DNA of 62,996 bases, filler included, from Collodictyon triciliatum (lineage: Eukaryota), in the NCBI GenBank assembly GCA_043381765.1. It is 37 parts of 37 records of this genome, joined end to end, with 100 filler letters (N's around TTAATTAATTAA, not from the genome) between each part and the next. Parts side by side here need not be neighbours in the genome. Positions count along the whole stretch, not along the records: positions 61,406 to 62,996 come from JBHJMP010010678.1; 36 more parts are not named here. One strand, written 5' to 3'. Position 1 is the stretch's first letter; each line of letters opens with the position of its first letter. The notes under the pieces are model-generated. The model was not told where the DNA came from, ran no database searches, and saw nothing but the letters and a program-made list of their open reading frames with translations. The translations under genes and the position numbers were made by a program. Below are positions 62,847 to 62,996 of the stretch, piece after piece.

Positions 62847-62996
62847 GTAAGTTATTTCGAGAAAGAGTATAAGATCGTTTTTCTTGTTCTTTTATTTCTT
62901 CTTTCTTTTCTTTTCTTTTCTTTTCTTTTCTTTTCTTTTCTTTTCTTTTCTTTTCTTTTCTTTTCTTTTCTTTTCTTTTCTTTTCTTTTCTTTTCT

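Overview
This window is not a contiguous locus. It consists of 37 short contigs (mostly about 1.59-1.61 kb, roughly sorted by length) joined by 36 identical artificial 100-nt spacers (N44-TTAATTAATTAA-N44), so neighbouring genes have no real synteny. The DNA comes from an AT-rich, intron-rich eukaryote full of microsatellites that uses the standard genetic code. It is probably a flagellated protist (LRRCC1/VFL1-like basal-body gene), but I cannot name the taxon. Manual splicing gives fragments of QTRT1, UROC1, UFL1, SEC11, SRPRB, SEC31, TRM10, anoctamin, RNFT, an RNF213-like AAA+ protein, a TEP1/NPHP3-type NACHT NTPase and a Munc13/MUN protein. It also gives a PHD-SAP30 fusion, a WD40 protein with a signal peptide, ankyrin and Cys-rich multi-TM proteins, and two pseudogenes (Zn-ADH, WDR27). 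At least eight fragments of an L1/Tx1-type non-LTR retrotransposon family are present. Highlights: (1) the LINE ORF2 ends in a textbook PCNA PIP-degron (QFLITDYFSATR) whose position is conserved in a divergent subfamily, and ORF1 has its own C-terminal PIP-like box; (2) a 196-bp tandem triplication of an intron plus its exon flanks has created two new in-frame 69-nt exons in the MUN gene; (3) a roughly 67-nt LINE micro-insertion with a poly(A) tail and target-site duplication, and a shared 3' stem-loop motif. All family assignments come from motif recognition, not database searches.
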